Shown: positions 54,544-64,000 of the stretch, one piece after another
Numbering within the stretch: the first letter of the stretch is position 1
How the letters are laid out: every line of letters starts with the position of its first letter
Assembly (NCBI GenBank): GCA_963767925.1
Contig: CAVYGB010000002.1
Span: 1,312,001-1,376,000 of the forward strand
Source: an uncultured delta proteobacterium
Lineage (GTDB): Bacteria; Myxococcota_A; Polyangia; Fen-1088
Length of the DNA stretch: 64,000 nucleotides
Direction of reading: 5' to 3'
Position numbers and translations under genes: made by a program
The notes under the pieces: model-generated
Database searches by the model: none
What the model was told of the DNA's origin: nothing
The model's input: only the letters and a program-made list of their open reading frames with translations

Positions 54544-56712
54544 ATGGCAGACGGACCGGCTCTCAGGGCGGGGCTCAAGCTGGCCGCCGGGCTGGCCCAC
54601 TTCCGGCTGGCGCCGGCGGTGCGGGGGGCGCGGGCGGTCGACGTGGGGGCCGCGACGGGCGGCTTCACCGAGCTGCTGTTACAGCAGGGCGCCGCGCATG
54701 TGACGGCGATCGACGCCGGGCAAGGGCAGCTCCTGCCGCGGCTGCGCGCCGACGCCCGGGTGGCCAGCCACGAGCGGACCGACTGGAGGACGCTGTCGCG
54801 GCAGCAGGCGCCCGGGCCCTTCGACTTTTTCACGGTCGACGTCAGCATCGTGGCGGCGCGGAGCATGTTGCCGGGTCTCGCTCTCCGGCTGCGGGCGGGG
54901 GCCCAGGGGGTCGTCCTGCTCAAGCCGCAGCTCGAGGTGCCGCCCCGCCCGCAAGAGCAGCCCGCCGACCCCGCCGTGCGGGCCCGGGCGCTGGCGGTGT
55001 TTCGCAAGAAGGCGGCGGGCCTCGGGTTCCAGGTGGTGGGCCAGATGGACGCGCCGGTGGCCGGCGCCAGGGGCACGGTCGAGCTGCTCCTGCACCTGCG
55101 CTTTTCCGGACGCCCGGGAACCCCGCCGGCGTGGGGCGAGGTAGCGCGCGGCGAGGCAGGGTCGGGCGGTGGGCGGCGCGTGCGGGCGGCGCGGCCGGAG
55201 CCGCCGGCTGGCGGAGTCGCGCCGAGCGGAGCGGGGCCGAGCGGAGCGGGGCCGAGCGGAGCCGCGTCGAGCGGAGCCGCGTCGAGCGGAGCCATCCGGG
55301 GTCGGGCCGGCGAAGGGTTGACCGGGGAGCTGGCCTGGTTCGCGGTTGTGGCGCCGGGGCTGGAGGCGGTGGCCCGGGCGGAGGTGGAGCGGTTACCGGG
55401 GGTGAAGAAGGTGGAGGTGGTGACGGGCGGGGTGGCGTTCGCCGGCGACCTGGCGGTGGGAGCGGCGGCCAACCTGCGGCTGCGGGTGGCGACGCGGGTG
55501 CTGCTGCGGGTGGGGACGGTGCGGGCGCGGGAGTTCCCCAAGCTGCGGCGGCTGCTCGGCGCGCTCGACTTCGCCCCGCTCGTCGCGGCGGACCGGCCGC
55601 TTCGGCTGAACGTGTCGGCGACCCGCTCGCGCCTCTACCACACCAAGGCGCTCGCCGAGACGGTGGCGCTGGCCATCGGCGACCGGCTGGGCGCGCCGAT
55701 GGCGCTGGCCGCGCCGGCTCCCCCGGAAGAGGAAGAGGAAGAGGACCCGCCCGCGCCAGCCCAGGGGAGCGCGGCCTCCGGGACATCATCCGGTCACGGA
55801 GAAGAGGTGGCCTCCGGATCGGCGAAGAGCGCCGCGGGCGAGCCCGTCGAGCCGGCAGAGCCGGTCGATACCGTGGACCCGGCGGAGCCGGCCGAGCCGG
55901 TGAAGCCGGCCGAGGCGCTGGAGACGCGGGTGCTGGTGCGGGGGGAGGACGACGTCTGGACGGTGAGCGTGGACGCGTCGGGCGAGCTGCTGCACCGGCG
56001 GGGCTGGCGGGTGGAGGCGGGGCGGGCGCCCCTGCGCGAGACGCTGGCGGCGGGGGTGCTGGCGCTGGCGGGGTACGACCCCGTGCGGCCCCTGATCGAT
56101 GCCATGTGCGGCGCCGGGACGCTGGCCCTCGAGGGCGCGGCCATCGCGGCCGGGCGGGCGCCGGGGCTGGGGCGTTCGTTCGCGCTCGAGCGCTGGCCGG
56201 GCTGGCCGCCCGCGGTCGGGCAGCAGGTGCGGGCCCGGGCGGAGAAGGAGCAGGCGGCCCGCCCGCCCGCGCCCATCGCCGGCTGGGATCGCGACCCGGC
56301 GGTGCTCGAGCGGGCCCGGCGCAACGCCGAGCGGGCCGGCTTCGCCGTGGCGGTAGGGTTCGAGCAGCGGCAGATCGGCGACTGGCGCGCGCCGGCCGAG
56401 GGTGGGCCCGGGCTGCTGGTGATCAACCCACCTTACGGCCGGCGGCTGACGAACCCGGCCGCCGCCCGCGCCCTCGTGCGCCAGATCGGCGGTGCGCTGC
56501 GCGCCCACTTCGCCGGGTGGCGGGCGGCCGTGCTGCTGGGCGACCCGCGCTGGGCGCCGCTGCTCGGCCTCGCCAACCTCGCGTTGCATCCCCTCTTCAA
56601 CGGGGGCCTGCGCGTGCAGCTCGCGGTGGGGGAGGTGAAGGGGGCGCGCGCTCCCGCCGGCGCGGCGCCCGGGCGGGCGGTCGACGGTGCGGGGCGAGGG
56701 GGCCCAGGGTAG
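54544..56712 (+). CDS. Fusion: TlyA/FtsJ-like RNA methyltransferase domain + THUMP/RlmL-type m2G methyltransferase
   Basis: [21 protein letters not shown] and LLKPQ.E; then [32 protein letters not shown] and NPPYG. Confidence 0.8.
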   Translation: MADGPALRAGLKLAAGLAHFRLAPAVRGARAVDVGAATGGFTELLLQQGAAHVTAIDAGQGQLLPRLRADARVASHERTDWRTLSRQQAPGPFDFFTVDVSIVAARSMLPGLALRLRAGAQGVVLLKPQLEVPPRPQEQPADPAVRARALAVFRKKAAGLGFQVVGQMDAPVAGARGTVELLLHLRFSGRPGTPPAWGEVARGEAGSGGGRRVRAARPEPPAGGVAPSGAGPSGAGPSGAASSGAASSGAIRGRAGEGLTGELAWFAVVAPGLEAVARAEVERLPGVKKVEVVTGGVAFAGDLAVGAAANLRLRVATRVLLRVGTVRAREFPKLRRLLGALDFAPLVAADRPLRLNVSATRSRLYHTKALAETVALAIGDRLGAPMALAAPAPPEEEEEEDPPAPAQGSAASGTSSGHGEEVASGSAKSAAGEPVEPAEPVDTVDPAEPAEPVKPAEALETRVLVRGEDDVWTVSVDASGELLHRRGWRVEAGRAPLRETLAAGVLALAGYDPVRPLIDAMCGAGTLALEGAAIAAGRAPGLGRSFALERWPGWPPAVGQQVRARAEKEQAARPPAPIAGWDRDPAVLERARRNAERAGFAVAVGFEQRQIGDWRAPAEGGPGLLVINPPYGRRLTNPAAARALVRQIGGALRAHFAGWRAAVLLGDPRWAPLLGLANLALHPLFNGGLRVQLAVGEVKGARAPAGAAPGRAVDGAGRGGPG
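55221..55293 (+). repeat. 15-bp minisatellite (~5 units) in the fusion linker
   Basis: CGAGCGGAGC core repeated every 15 bp, encoding PSGAG/SSGAA. Confidence 0.8.
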
Positions 56713-56728
56713 ATTGCGCGCCGGAATC

Positions 56729-58459
56729 ATGGTTGGCAGAGTGCTGGCGAAGCTTCGCGGCGGATGGGGGGCGCGCGGCGCGCTCTTTCTCGCGCTGTTC
56801 TCCTTCTTTCTGCTCTCGGGCGGGCGCGAGCGGCCCTACGCCGACGCCACCCCGATGTGGGAGGTGGCCGAGTCGATCGTGCGGCGCGGGTCGCTGTCGA
56901 TCCGGACGGCCTGGCCCGCGGATCTGCCGCGCGGGCGCGGCGGGCGGATCTACGCGGTGGCGCCGCTGCTGCAGTCGCTGGTGCACGTGCCGGGCGCCTG
57001 GGGCCGCTGGGCGCTCGGCAAGATCGCGCCGGCCACCGCGCCCTATTCGATGCCTCTCTTCAGCCACCTGGCGCCGGCGGCCCTCGGCGCCGCGGCTTGC
57101 CTGACCTTCTGGCTGCTCGTCGGGGGACTGGTGGGGCCGCTGGCGGCGGCGCTGTCGACCGGGACGCTCGCGCTGGGGACCTACCTCTGGGTCTACGCCC
57201 GCTCGCCCTACTCGGAGGTCCTGCAGGCGACCTGTTTCCTCCTGTTTCTCCTGGCGCTGCTGCGGGCGCGGGCGGCGCCGAGCACCCGCAGCGCCGTCTG
57301 GCTGGGGGCGGCGGCCGGGGCCCTGCTCGCCAGCAAGCTGCTCTACGCCCTCGCGCTGGTCGGGGGGATGGCCTGGCTGGCCCACGGCCTGTTGCGCGCG
57401 GCCTGGCGCCGCCCGGTCGATCTGGCGAGCGCACCCGCTCCGGCGGAAGCGGAAGCGACCGCGGCCGGTCCGGGCGGGCGGCCGGCGCTGCTGGCGGCGC
57501 TGCGGCTGTTCGGCTGGGTGGCGCTGGGGATGGCGCCCTTCGTCCTGCTGGTGCTCGGCTACAACTACCTTCGCTGGGGGAGCTGGCTCGAGGCGGGCTA
57601 CGCCCTCAACACGACCCCGGGGCGGGTGATGCTGCCGGTGTTCGGCGAGAGCCTGCCGGTCGGGCTGGCCGGCCTCTTCCTCTCGCCGGGCAAGAGCTTC
57701 TTCCTCTACAGCCCGCCGCTGCTTGTCGGGCTGCTCGGGTTGCCCCGGCTGTACCGGAGGGCGCCGGCGGTGGTGGCGGCGCTGGCGCTCACCGCCTTGC
57801 CGGTGGTGCTCCTGTACGGCAAGTTCCTGTTCTGGGCGGGCGACTACGCCTGGGGGCCCCGCTATCTGGTCTTCCTCGCCCCGCTGCTGATGGTGCCGGC
57901 GGCGGTGGTGCTCGACGACGTGCTGGCTGCGACGCACCGCTGGTGGCGGCGGGCGCTGCTGGCCGGGCTGGGCCTTCTGGCGGCGGTCGGGATCGGCGTG
58001 CAGGTTGTCGGCAACAGCTTCATCTGGGACCACCACATCCGCATCACCCGGGAGCTGAGCGAGGCCTGGCTGGGGCGGCCGAACAAGACCGGCGCCGCGG
58101 TCCCCGAGCGCGAGGGGCTGTGCGGGGCCTGCTTCGAGGACATGCACCGGCAGCAGTGGCTGCCGGCCTTCCAGCCCATCGCCGGCCACCTCTGGTTGCT
58201 CCGCCACGTGCCCCGCGGCCACGACTGGGCGACGGCGGTCAAGGACACCCCCTGGAGCCGCTACACCACCGTGCCCTTCGACGTCTCCGGGCCCTACGAA
58301 GCGGTTCGCCTCGACTGGTGGTTCCTCGAGCTGCGCACCCTCAGCCTGCCGCTCGCCCTCGTCCTCCTCGTCCTGCTGACGGCAGGCACCGCGGGCGGCA
58401 CCCGGGCCTTCCTGCGCCGCTGGCGCCGGCCCCCTGGTGCCCCGGCCCCGACCGTCTGA
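56729..58459 (+). CDS. Polytopic membrane protein, GT-C (PMT/ArnT-like) glycosyltransferase-like
   Basis: YAR..YSE, SPGKS.F.YSP and WGPRYL motifs with many TM helices. Confidence 0.7.
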   Translation: MVGRVLAKLRGGWGARGALFLALFSFFLLSGGRERPYADATPMWEVAESIVRRGSLSIRTAWPADLPRGRGGRIYAVAPLLQSLVHVPGAWGRWALGKIAPATAPYSMPLFSHLAPAALGAAACLTFWLLVGGLVGPLAAALSTGTLALGTYLWVYARSPYSEVLQATCFLLFLLALLRARAAPSTRSAVWLGAAAGALLASKLLYALALVGGMAWLAHGLLRAAWRRPVDLASAPAPAEAEATAAGPGGRPALLAALRLFGWVALGMAPFVLLVLGYNYLRWGSWLEAGYALNTTPGRVMLPVFGESLPVGLAGLFLSPGKSFFLYSPPLLVGLLGLPRLYRRAPAVVAALALTALPVVLLYGKFLFWAGDYAWGPRYLVFLAPLLMVPAAVVLDDVLAATHRWWRRALLAGLGLLAAVGIGVQVVGNSFIWDHHIRITRELSEAWLGRPNKTGAAVPEREGLCGACFEDMHRQQWLPAFQPIAGHLWLLRHVPRGHDWATAVKDTPWSRYTTVPFDVSGPYEAVRLDWWFLELRTLSLPLALVLLVLLTAGTAGGTRAFLRRWRRPPGAPAPTV

Positions 58460-58497
58460 ACCGCGGAAGCCGGGCGGGCCCGCGATGTTCGAGCGGC

Positions 58498-61179
58498 TCA
58501 GCCCGGGGGGACCTTGTCGAGCTGGAGGGCGCCCGCTACGGCGCTGGCCCGGATGTGGTCGCCGGGGGCGAGCTGGCCGGCGAGGATCTTCTCGGCCAGG
58601 GGGTCGCGCAGGCGGCGCTGCAGGCTGCGCTTGACCGGGCGGGCGCCGAAGGCGGGATCGTAGCTCTCGCGGGCCAGCAGGGCGCGCGCCTCCGGCGTCA
58701 CCTCGAGGGTCAGCTTCTGCTCGGCCAGGGTGATGGCCAGGCGGCGGAGCTGCAGGTCGACGATGGCCTCGATCTCCTTTTCCCCGAGGGGGTTGAAGAT
58801 CACGGTCTCGTCGATGCGGTTGAGGAACTCGGGGCGGAAGTGGCCGTGCAGGGCGGCCCGCACCTCGCGCCGGATCGCCTCCCGGTCGCCGGCGGCGGCG
58901 AGGATGGCGGGGCCGGCCAGGTTGGAGGTCAAGATGAGCACGGTGTTGGCGAAGGGGACGGTGCGGCCCCGGCTGTCGGTGAGGCGGCCGTCGTCGAGCA
59001 CCGCCAGCAGCACGTTCCAGACGTCGGGGTGGGCCTTCTCCACCTCGTCGAACAGCACCACCGCGTAGGGGCGGCGGCGCACCGCCTCGGTGAGCTGGCC
59101 CCCCTCCTCGTAGCCCACGTAGCCGGGCGGGGCGCCCGACAGGCGGGCCACCGTGTGCTTGTCCATGTATTCGGACATGTCGAGCCGGATGAGGGCGTGC
59201 TCGTCGTCGAACAGGAACTCGGCCAGGGCCTTCGACAGCTCGGTCTTGCCCACCCCGGTCGGGCCCAGGAACAGGAACGACCCGATCGGCCGGCCGGGGT
59301 CGGCCAGCCCGGCCCGGGCCCGCTTGACCGCCTGGCCCACCAGGCGCACCGCCTCGTCCTGGCCGAGCACCCGCTCGCGCAGGCGGGCCTCGATGCCGAG
59401 GATCTTCTGGCGCTCGCCCTCGAGCATGCGGGCCACCGGGATGCCGGTCCAGTCGGCCACCACCCGGGCCACGTGCACCGGCTCGACGGCGTCCTCGAGC
59501 AGGCGCTCGCTCCCCTGCACCGTCCGCAGGGTGGTCTCCGCGTCGGCGGCGGCCTTCTCCAGGGCGGGGAGCTGACCGTGGCGCAGCTCGGCCGCCCGGG
59601 CCAGGTCGCCCGCCCGCTCCGCCGTCTCGGCCTCGCCCCGCAGACCATTGAGCGCCCGCAGGGCCCCGGTGAGGGTGTTGATGGCGTCGAGCTCGGCGTG
59701 CCACTTGCTGCGCATCGGCTCGAGCCGGGCGCGCAGCTCGGCCAGCGAGGCCGACAGGCGCTGCCGCCGCTCGCCCCGGTCGGCCTCCCGGTCGCGGTCG
59801 AGGGTAGCGAGCTCCAGGGCCAGGGCTCGCTCGCGCCGGGCCAGGGCGTCGACCTCGTCGGGCTGCGAGTCGAGCTCGAGCCGCAGGCGGCTGCCCGCCT
59901 CGTCGAGCAGGTCGATGGCCTTGTCGGGCAGGGCCCGCCCGGCCACGTAGCGCCGGGCCAGCTTGACCGCGGCCACCAGGGCGGCGTCCTGGACCCGCAC
60001 GCGGTGCTTGTCCTCGTAGCGGGTCTTGATCCCGCGCAATATGGCGATGCCGGTCTCCTCGTCGGGCTCCTCGATCATCACCGGCAGGAAGCGCCGCTCG
60101 AAGGCGGGGTCCTTCTCGATGTGCAGGCGGTACTCGTCGACGGTGGTGGCGCCGATGCAGGTCAGCTCGCCCCGGGCCAGCGCCGGCTTGAGCAGATCGG
60201 CGGCGTCGAGGGCGCCGTCGCCCTGGCCCGCGCCGATGAGGGTGTGGATCTCGTCGAAGAACAGCAGCGCCCGCCCGCCCGCCTCGCGCACCTCGGCCAG
60301 CAGGCCCCGCACCCGATCCTCGAACTCGCCCCGGAACTTGGCCCCCGCGATCAGCGCCCCCACGTCGAGGGCCAGGATCCGCTTGTCGGCCAGGCCGCTC
60401 GGCACGTCGCCGGCGGCGATGCGGGCGGCCAGCCCCTCGACCACCGCGGTCTTGCCCACCCCGGGATCGCCGACAAGGATGGGGTTGCTCTTGCCGCGCC
60501 GGCCGAGGATCTGCATCAGGCGGCGGGTCTCGTCGTCGCGCCCGATCACCGGGTCGAGCCCCCCGGCGGCGGCCAGGGCGGTCAGGTCGCGGGCGTACTT
60601 CTTCAGCAGGACGCCGATGCCGTTGCCCGCCCGCTCGTCCGCCAGGGGGGCGCCCGCGGTCGGCCCGCTCATGCCCCGGGCGGGCGAGCTGGAGGCGTTC
60701 GCTGCCGGCGCCTCCGACTCGTCCGGGGAGAGGGGCAGGGCCCCGCCCGCCGGGCGGCCGGTGGCGGCCGCGGCCTGCTCCAGCTTGGTGAGGGTGACGC
60801 CCAGCTCGCGCAGCACCTCGGCGGCGGCCGAGCGGGTCTCGAGCGGGATGCCGATCAGCAGGTGCACCGGGGAGACCGCCGCCTCGCCGCGCTCGCGCGC
60901 CTCGACCTGGGCCAGGTCGAGCAGGCGCAGCACCCGCTCGGCGAGGTAGACCTTGGCCCCTGGCACCTTGGCCTGCCCGCGCAGGGCCTGCTCGAGCCGC
61001 AGGCGGACCTGGTGCAGGTCGGCCCCGGCGCGCTCGAGCACATCGGCGCTGGCCGGCACCTCGGTCAGGGCCGACAGCAGATGCTCCAGCTCGACCGCCT
61101 CCTCGTCGCGGGCGCGGGCCAGCCGCTGGGCGGCCACCACCGCACCCCGCCCCTCGCGCGAGAGGAAGTCGAAGCTCAC
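58498..61179 (-). CDS. clpB: ATP-dependent chaperone ClpB
   Basis: Clp-N domains, GDPGVGKT, coiled-coil middle domain, [17 protein letters not shown] and FRPEFLNR. Confidence 0.93.
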   Translation of the reverse strand: MSFDFLSREGRGAVVAAQRLARARDEEAVELEHLLSALTEVPASADVLERAGADLHQVRLRLEQALRGQAKVPGAKVYLAERVLRLLDLAQVEARERGEAAVSPVHLLIGIPLETRSAAAEVLRELGVTLTKLEQAAAATGRPAGGALPLSPDESEAPAANASSSPARGMSGPTAGAPLADERAGNGIGVLLKKYARDLTALAAAGGLDPVIGRDDETRRLMQILGRRGKSNPILVGDPGVGKTAVVEGLAARIAAGDVPSGLADKRILALDVGALIAGAKFRGEFEDRVRGLLAEVREAGGRALLFFDEIHTLIGAGQGDGALDAADLLKPALARGELTCIGATTVDEYRLHIEKDPAFERRFLPVMIEEPDEETGIAILRGIKTRYEDKHRVRVQDAALVAAVKLARRYVAGRALPDKAIDLLDEAGSRLRLELDSQPDEVDALARRERALALELATLDRDREADRGERRQRLSASLAELRARLEPMRSKWHAELDAINTLTGALRALNGLRGEAETAERAGDLARAAELRHGQLPALEKAAADAETTLRTVQGSERLLEDAVEPVHVARVVADWTGIPVARMLEGERQKILGIEARLRERVLGQDEAVRLVGQAVKRARAGLADPGRPIGSFLFLGPTGVGKTELSKALAEFLFDDEHALIRLDMSEYMDKHTVARLSGAPPGYVGYEEGGQLTEAVRRRPYAVVLFDEVEKAHPDVWNVLLAVLDDGRLTDSRGRTVPFANTVLILTSNLAGPAILAAAGDREAIRREVRAALHGHFRPEFLNRIDETVIFNPLGEKEIEAIVDLQLRRLAITLAEQKLTLEVTPEARALLARESYDPAFGARPVKRSLQRRLRDPLAEKILAGQLAPGDHIRASAVAGALQLDKVPPG

Positions 61180-61186
61180 GAGGCGA

Positions 61187-61534
61187 TCACCTGGCGGGCT
61201 TGGACCGGGAGGCGTTCACGAAGCGCAGCCGCAGGTCGTAGAGCAGGTTCTCCAGGAGCTGGGCCTCGTTGGTGTTCAGGTTGCCGCGGGTCTTTTCCTC
61301 GAGCATCGACAGGAGGTCGATGCTGTGTTTGGCCAGGGGCAGGTTCTGGCTGGCGGCGCTGCCGTCCGGGGCCTCGACCTCCCCCAGGTGCATCAGGGTC
61401 GAGCTGCCGAGCGACAGCAGGAAGGTCGAGAAGTCGACCGGCGGCAGCCGCTCGCCGGGCCCCGACCCGGCCGCGGACGGCGGGCTCCCCGGCTCGGTCT
61501 GGTCGGCCTCGAACTCGTCCTCCGCGGATGACAT
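61187..61534 (-). CDS. DUF1844-family protein
   Basis: F.TFLLSL...LMHLGE...AKHSIDLL.MLEEKTRGNL...E..LL..LLYDLRLRF. Confidence 0.85.
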   Translation of the reverse strand: MSSAEDEFEADQTEPGSPPSAAGSGPGERLPPVDFSTFLLSLGSSTLMHLGEVEAPDGSAASQNLPLAKHSIDLLSMLEEKTRGNLNTNEAQLLENLLYDLRLRFVNASRSKPAR

Positions 61535-61616
61535 AGCGCAAGGTTAAGCCCGTCACTCCGCGCTTTCAACACGGCCCGGCGCGATCGGCGGGCCGGACCG
61601 GACGCCGGGAGGGCGA

Positions 61617-62000
61617 TCAGGAGGTTTTGGGGGGCTCTTCGCTGGTCCCGTTGGTGGGGGCGGCCGGCTCCAGATCGTCGTCGTCCAGCTCCTCGATGTC
61701 GTCGTCCTCGTCCTCGTCGTCCTCGTCGTCCCCCACGTCGTCGTCCATGCGCAGCTCGGCCGAGCCGGGGGCGGGGGGGATGGCGATGATCGGCGTCGCC
61801 TGGTACTCGACCGGGCGGGGGGCGGAGGGGGCGATGTTCGAGGGGGGGGCGTCCTTGGGCGCGATCTTGTCGGTCACGTCCTCCAGGGTCTTGACGTGTT
61901 TCTCGACATCCTTGCGCGTGATGAGCCCCTTGCGGATGTTGCGCTCGACCGTGCGGATGTCGAACAGCTTCAGGGGTTTCGGCTCATCGTCGCGATTCAT
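61617..62000 (-). CDS. Small protein with basic N-terminal domain and long acidic tail
   Basis: LFDIRTVERNIRKGLITRKD..KH..L.D followed by a D/E-rich C-terminus. Confidence 0.7.
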   Translation of the reverse strand: MNRDDEPKPLKLFDIRTVERNIRKGLITRKDVEKHVKTLEDVTDKIAPKDAPPSNIAPSAPRPVEYQATPIIAIPPAPGSAELRMDDDVGDDEDDEDEDDDIEELDDDDLEPAAPTNGTSEEPPKTS

Positions 62001-62167
62001 GGGCTGTTCTGGTTAATGCACGAGGGGTTCCGAGTCAAGAGGACCTGGCGCCGACCTGAACCGATTTTCAGGTAGCGGGCGGAGCGCGGCCCGGGAAACG
62101 ACCGGAGTTGATGGAAATAACCAGGGCAGCCGGGTAGTTCTATGGGGCCACGCCCGAGGGAGCTTCA

Positions 62168-63153
<986 letters not shown>

Positions 63154-63175
63154 CCGTTCCCGCCGGCCGCGCCCA

Positions 63176-64000
63176 ATGTTGACCCGCGAGCTGCTCAAGA
63201 AGATCCGCAGCATCGAGATCGTCACCGCGCGGCTGGTGCGCGATCAGCTCGCCGGGCAGTACCACTCGGTGTTCAAGGGGCCGCGGCATCGCCTTCTCCG
63301 AGGTGCGCCAGTACACGCCGGGCGACGACATCCGCCCGATCGACTGGAACGTCACGGCCCGCATGAACGAGCCGTACGTGAAGCTGTTCATCGAGGAGCG
63401 CGAGATGACCGTGCTCCTGCTGGTCGACATGTCGGCCTCCGGGCACTTCGGCTCGCGCGCGCAGGAGAAGCGCGAGCTGGCCGCCGAGCTGGCGGCGCTG
63501 TTCGCGTTCTCCGCCATCCGCAACAACGACCGCGTCGGGCTGATCATCTTCACCGACGAGGTCGAGCGCTTCGTGCCGCCCAAGAAGGGCAAGAAACACG
63601 TGCTGCGCGTGATCAGCGAGATCCTGTCGTTCCAGCCGCGTTCGCCGCGCACCTCGATCGCGCGGGGCCCTCGACTTCCTGGGGCGCATCGCCCGCCGGC
63701 GGGCGGTGGCCTTCCTGATCTCCGACTTCCTGGCGCCCTGCCGAGCTACGAGCGCTCGCTGCGCATCGCCGCCCGCCGCCACGACCTGGTCCCGGTCACG
63801 GTGACCGACCCGCTCGAGGAGGGCTTCCCCCCGGTCGGCCTGGTCGAGCTCGAGGATCCCGAGACCGGCGAGGTGCTGGTGTTCGACACCTCGGGGCCGG
63901 AGGCGCGGGCCTTCGCCGCCCACAGCCGCAAGGTGCGGGAGGGGCGCGAGGCGCTCTGGAAGCGGCTCTCGCTCGACGCCATCACCCTGCGCACCGACCG
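63176..64000 (+). CDS. DUF58 (vWA-like) MoxR partner; frameshifted and truncated by the window end
   Basis: GQYHSVFKG, then [19 protein letters not shown] and DRVGL in a shifted frame. Confidence 0.88.

Noticed and set aside
56764..61536. 1590-aa plus-strand ORF
   Set aside because: Off-frame or antisense to the membrane protein, clpB and DUF1844; R/G/A-rich with no motifs

Overview
High-GC bacterial window, most likely from a myxobacterium (Myxococcota), judging by the stand-alone CarD/CdnL, the many Cys-rich lipoproteins and a DUF1844-like gene. The right half holds the replication-origin region (gyrB-recF-dnaN-oriC-dnaA, divergent rpmH-rnpA-yidD-yidC) plus trmB, uvrB, thiE, a PhoB-like regulator, pyc, a TlyA/RlmL-like fusion, clpB and moxR/DUF58. 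Many of these core genes carry indels that are probably consensus errors. The left ~30 kb is accessory. It contains (i) an orphan type III secretion-like module: a MidA-type methyltransferase-TPR gene, a SycD/LcrH-like TPR chaperone, and a protein ending in a needle (SctF)-like helix. A sigma28-like motif GCAAC-N14-nCCGAyAAG precedes the chaperone and also a 530-aa four-repeat protein 13 kb away. It also contains (ii) four lipoproteins sharing one small N-terminal Cys module joined to different cargo domains, and (iii) unusual fusions (Ogt-basic linker-AlkA; M55 peptidase-helical domain). Non-coding features include DnaA boxes and DnaA-trios, a 5-unit tandem array between oriC and the dnaA stop, and a dispersed REP-like palindrome family. 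No rRNA, tRNA or CRISPR was seen. All family calls come from motif recognition by eye; no searches were run.
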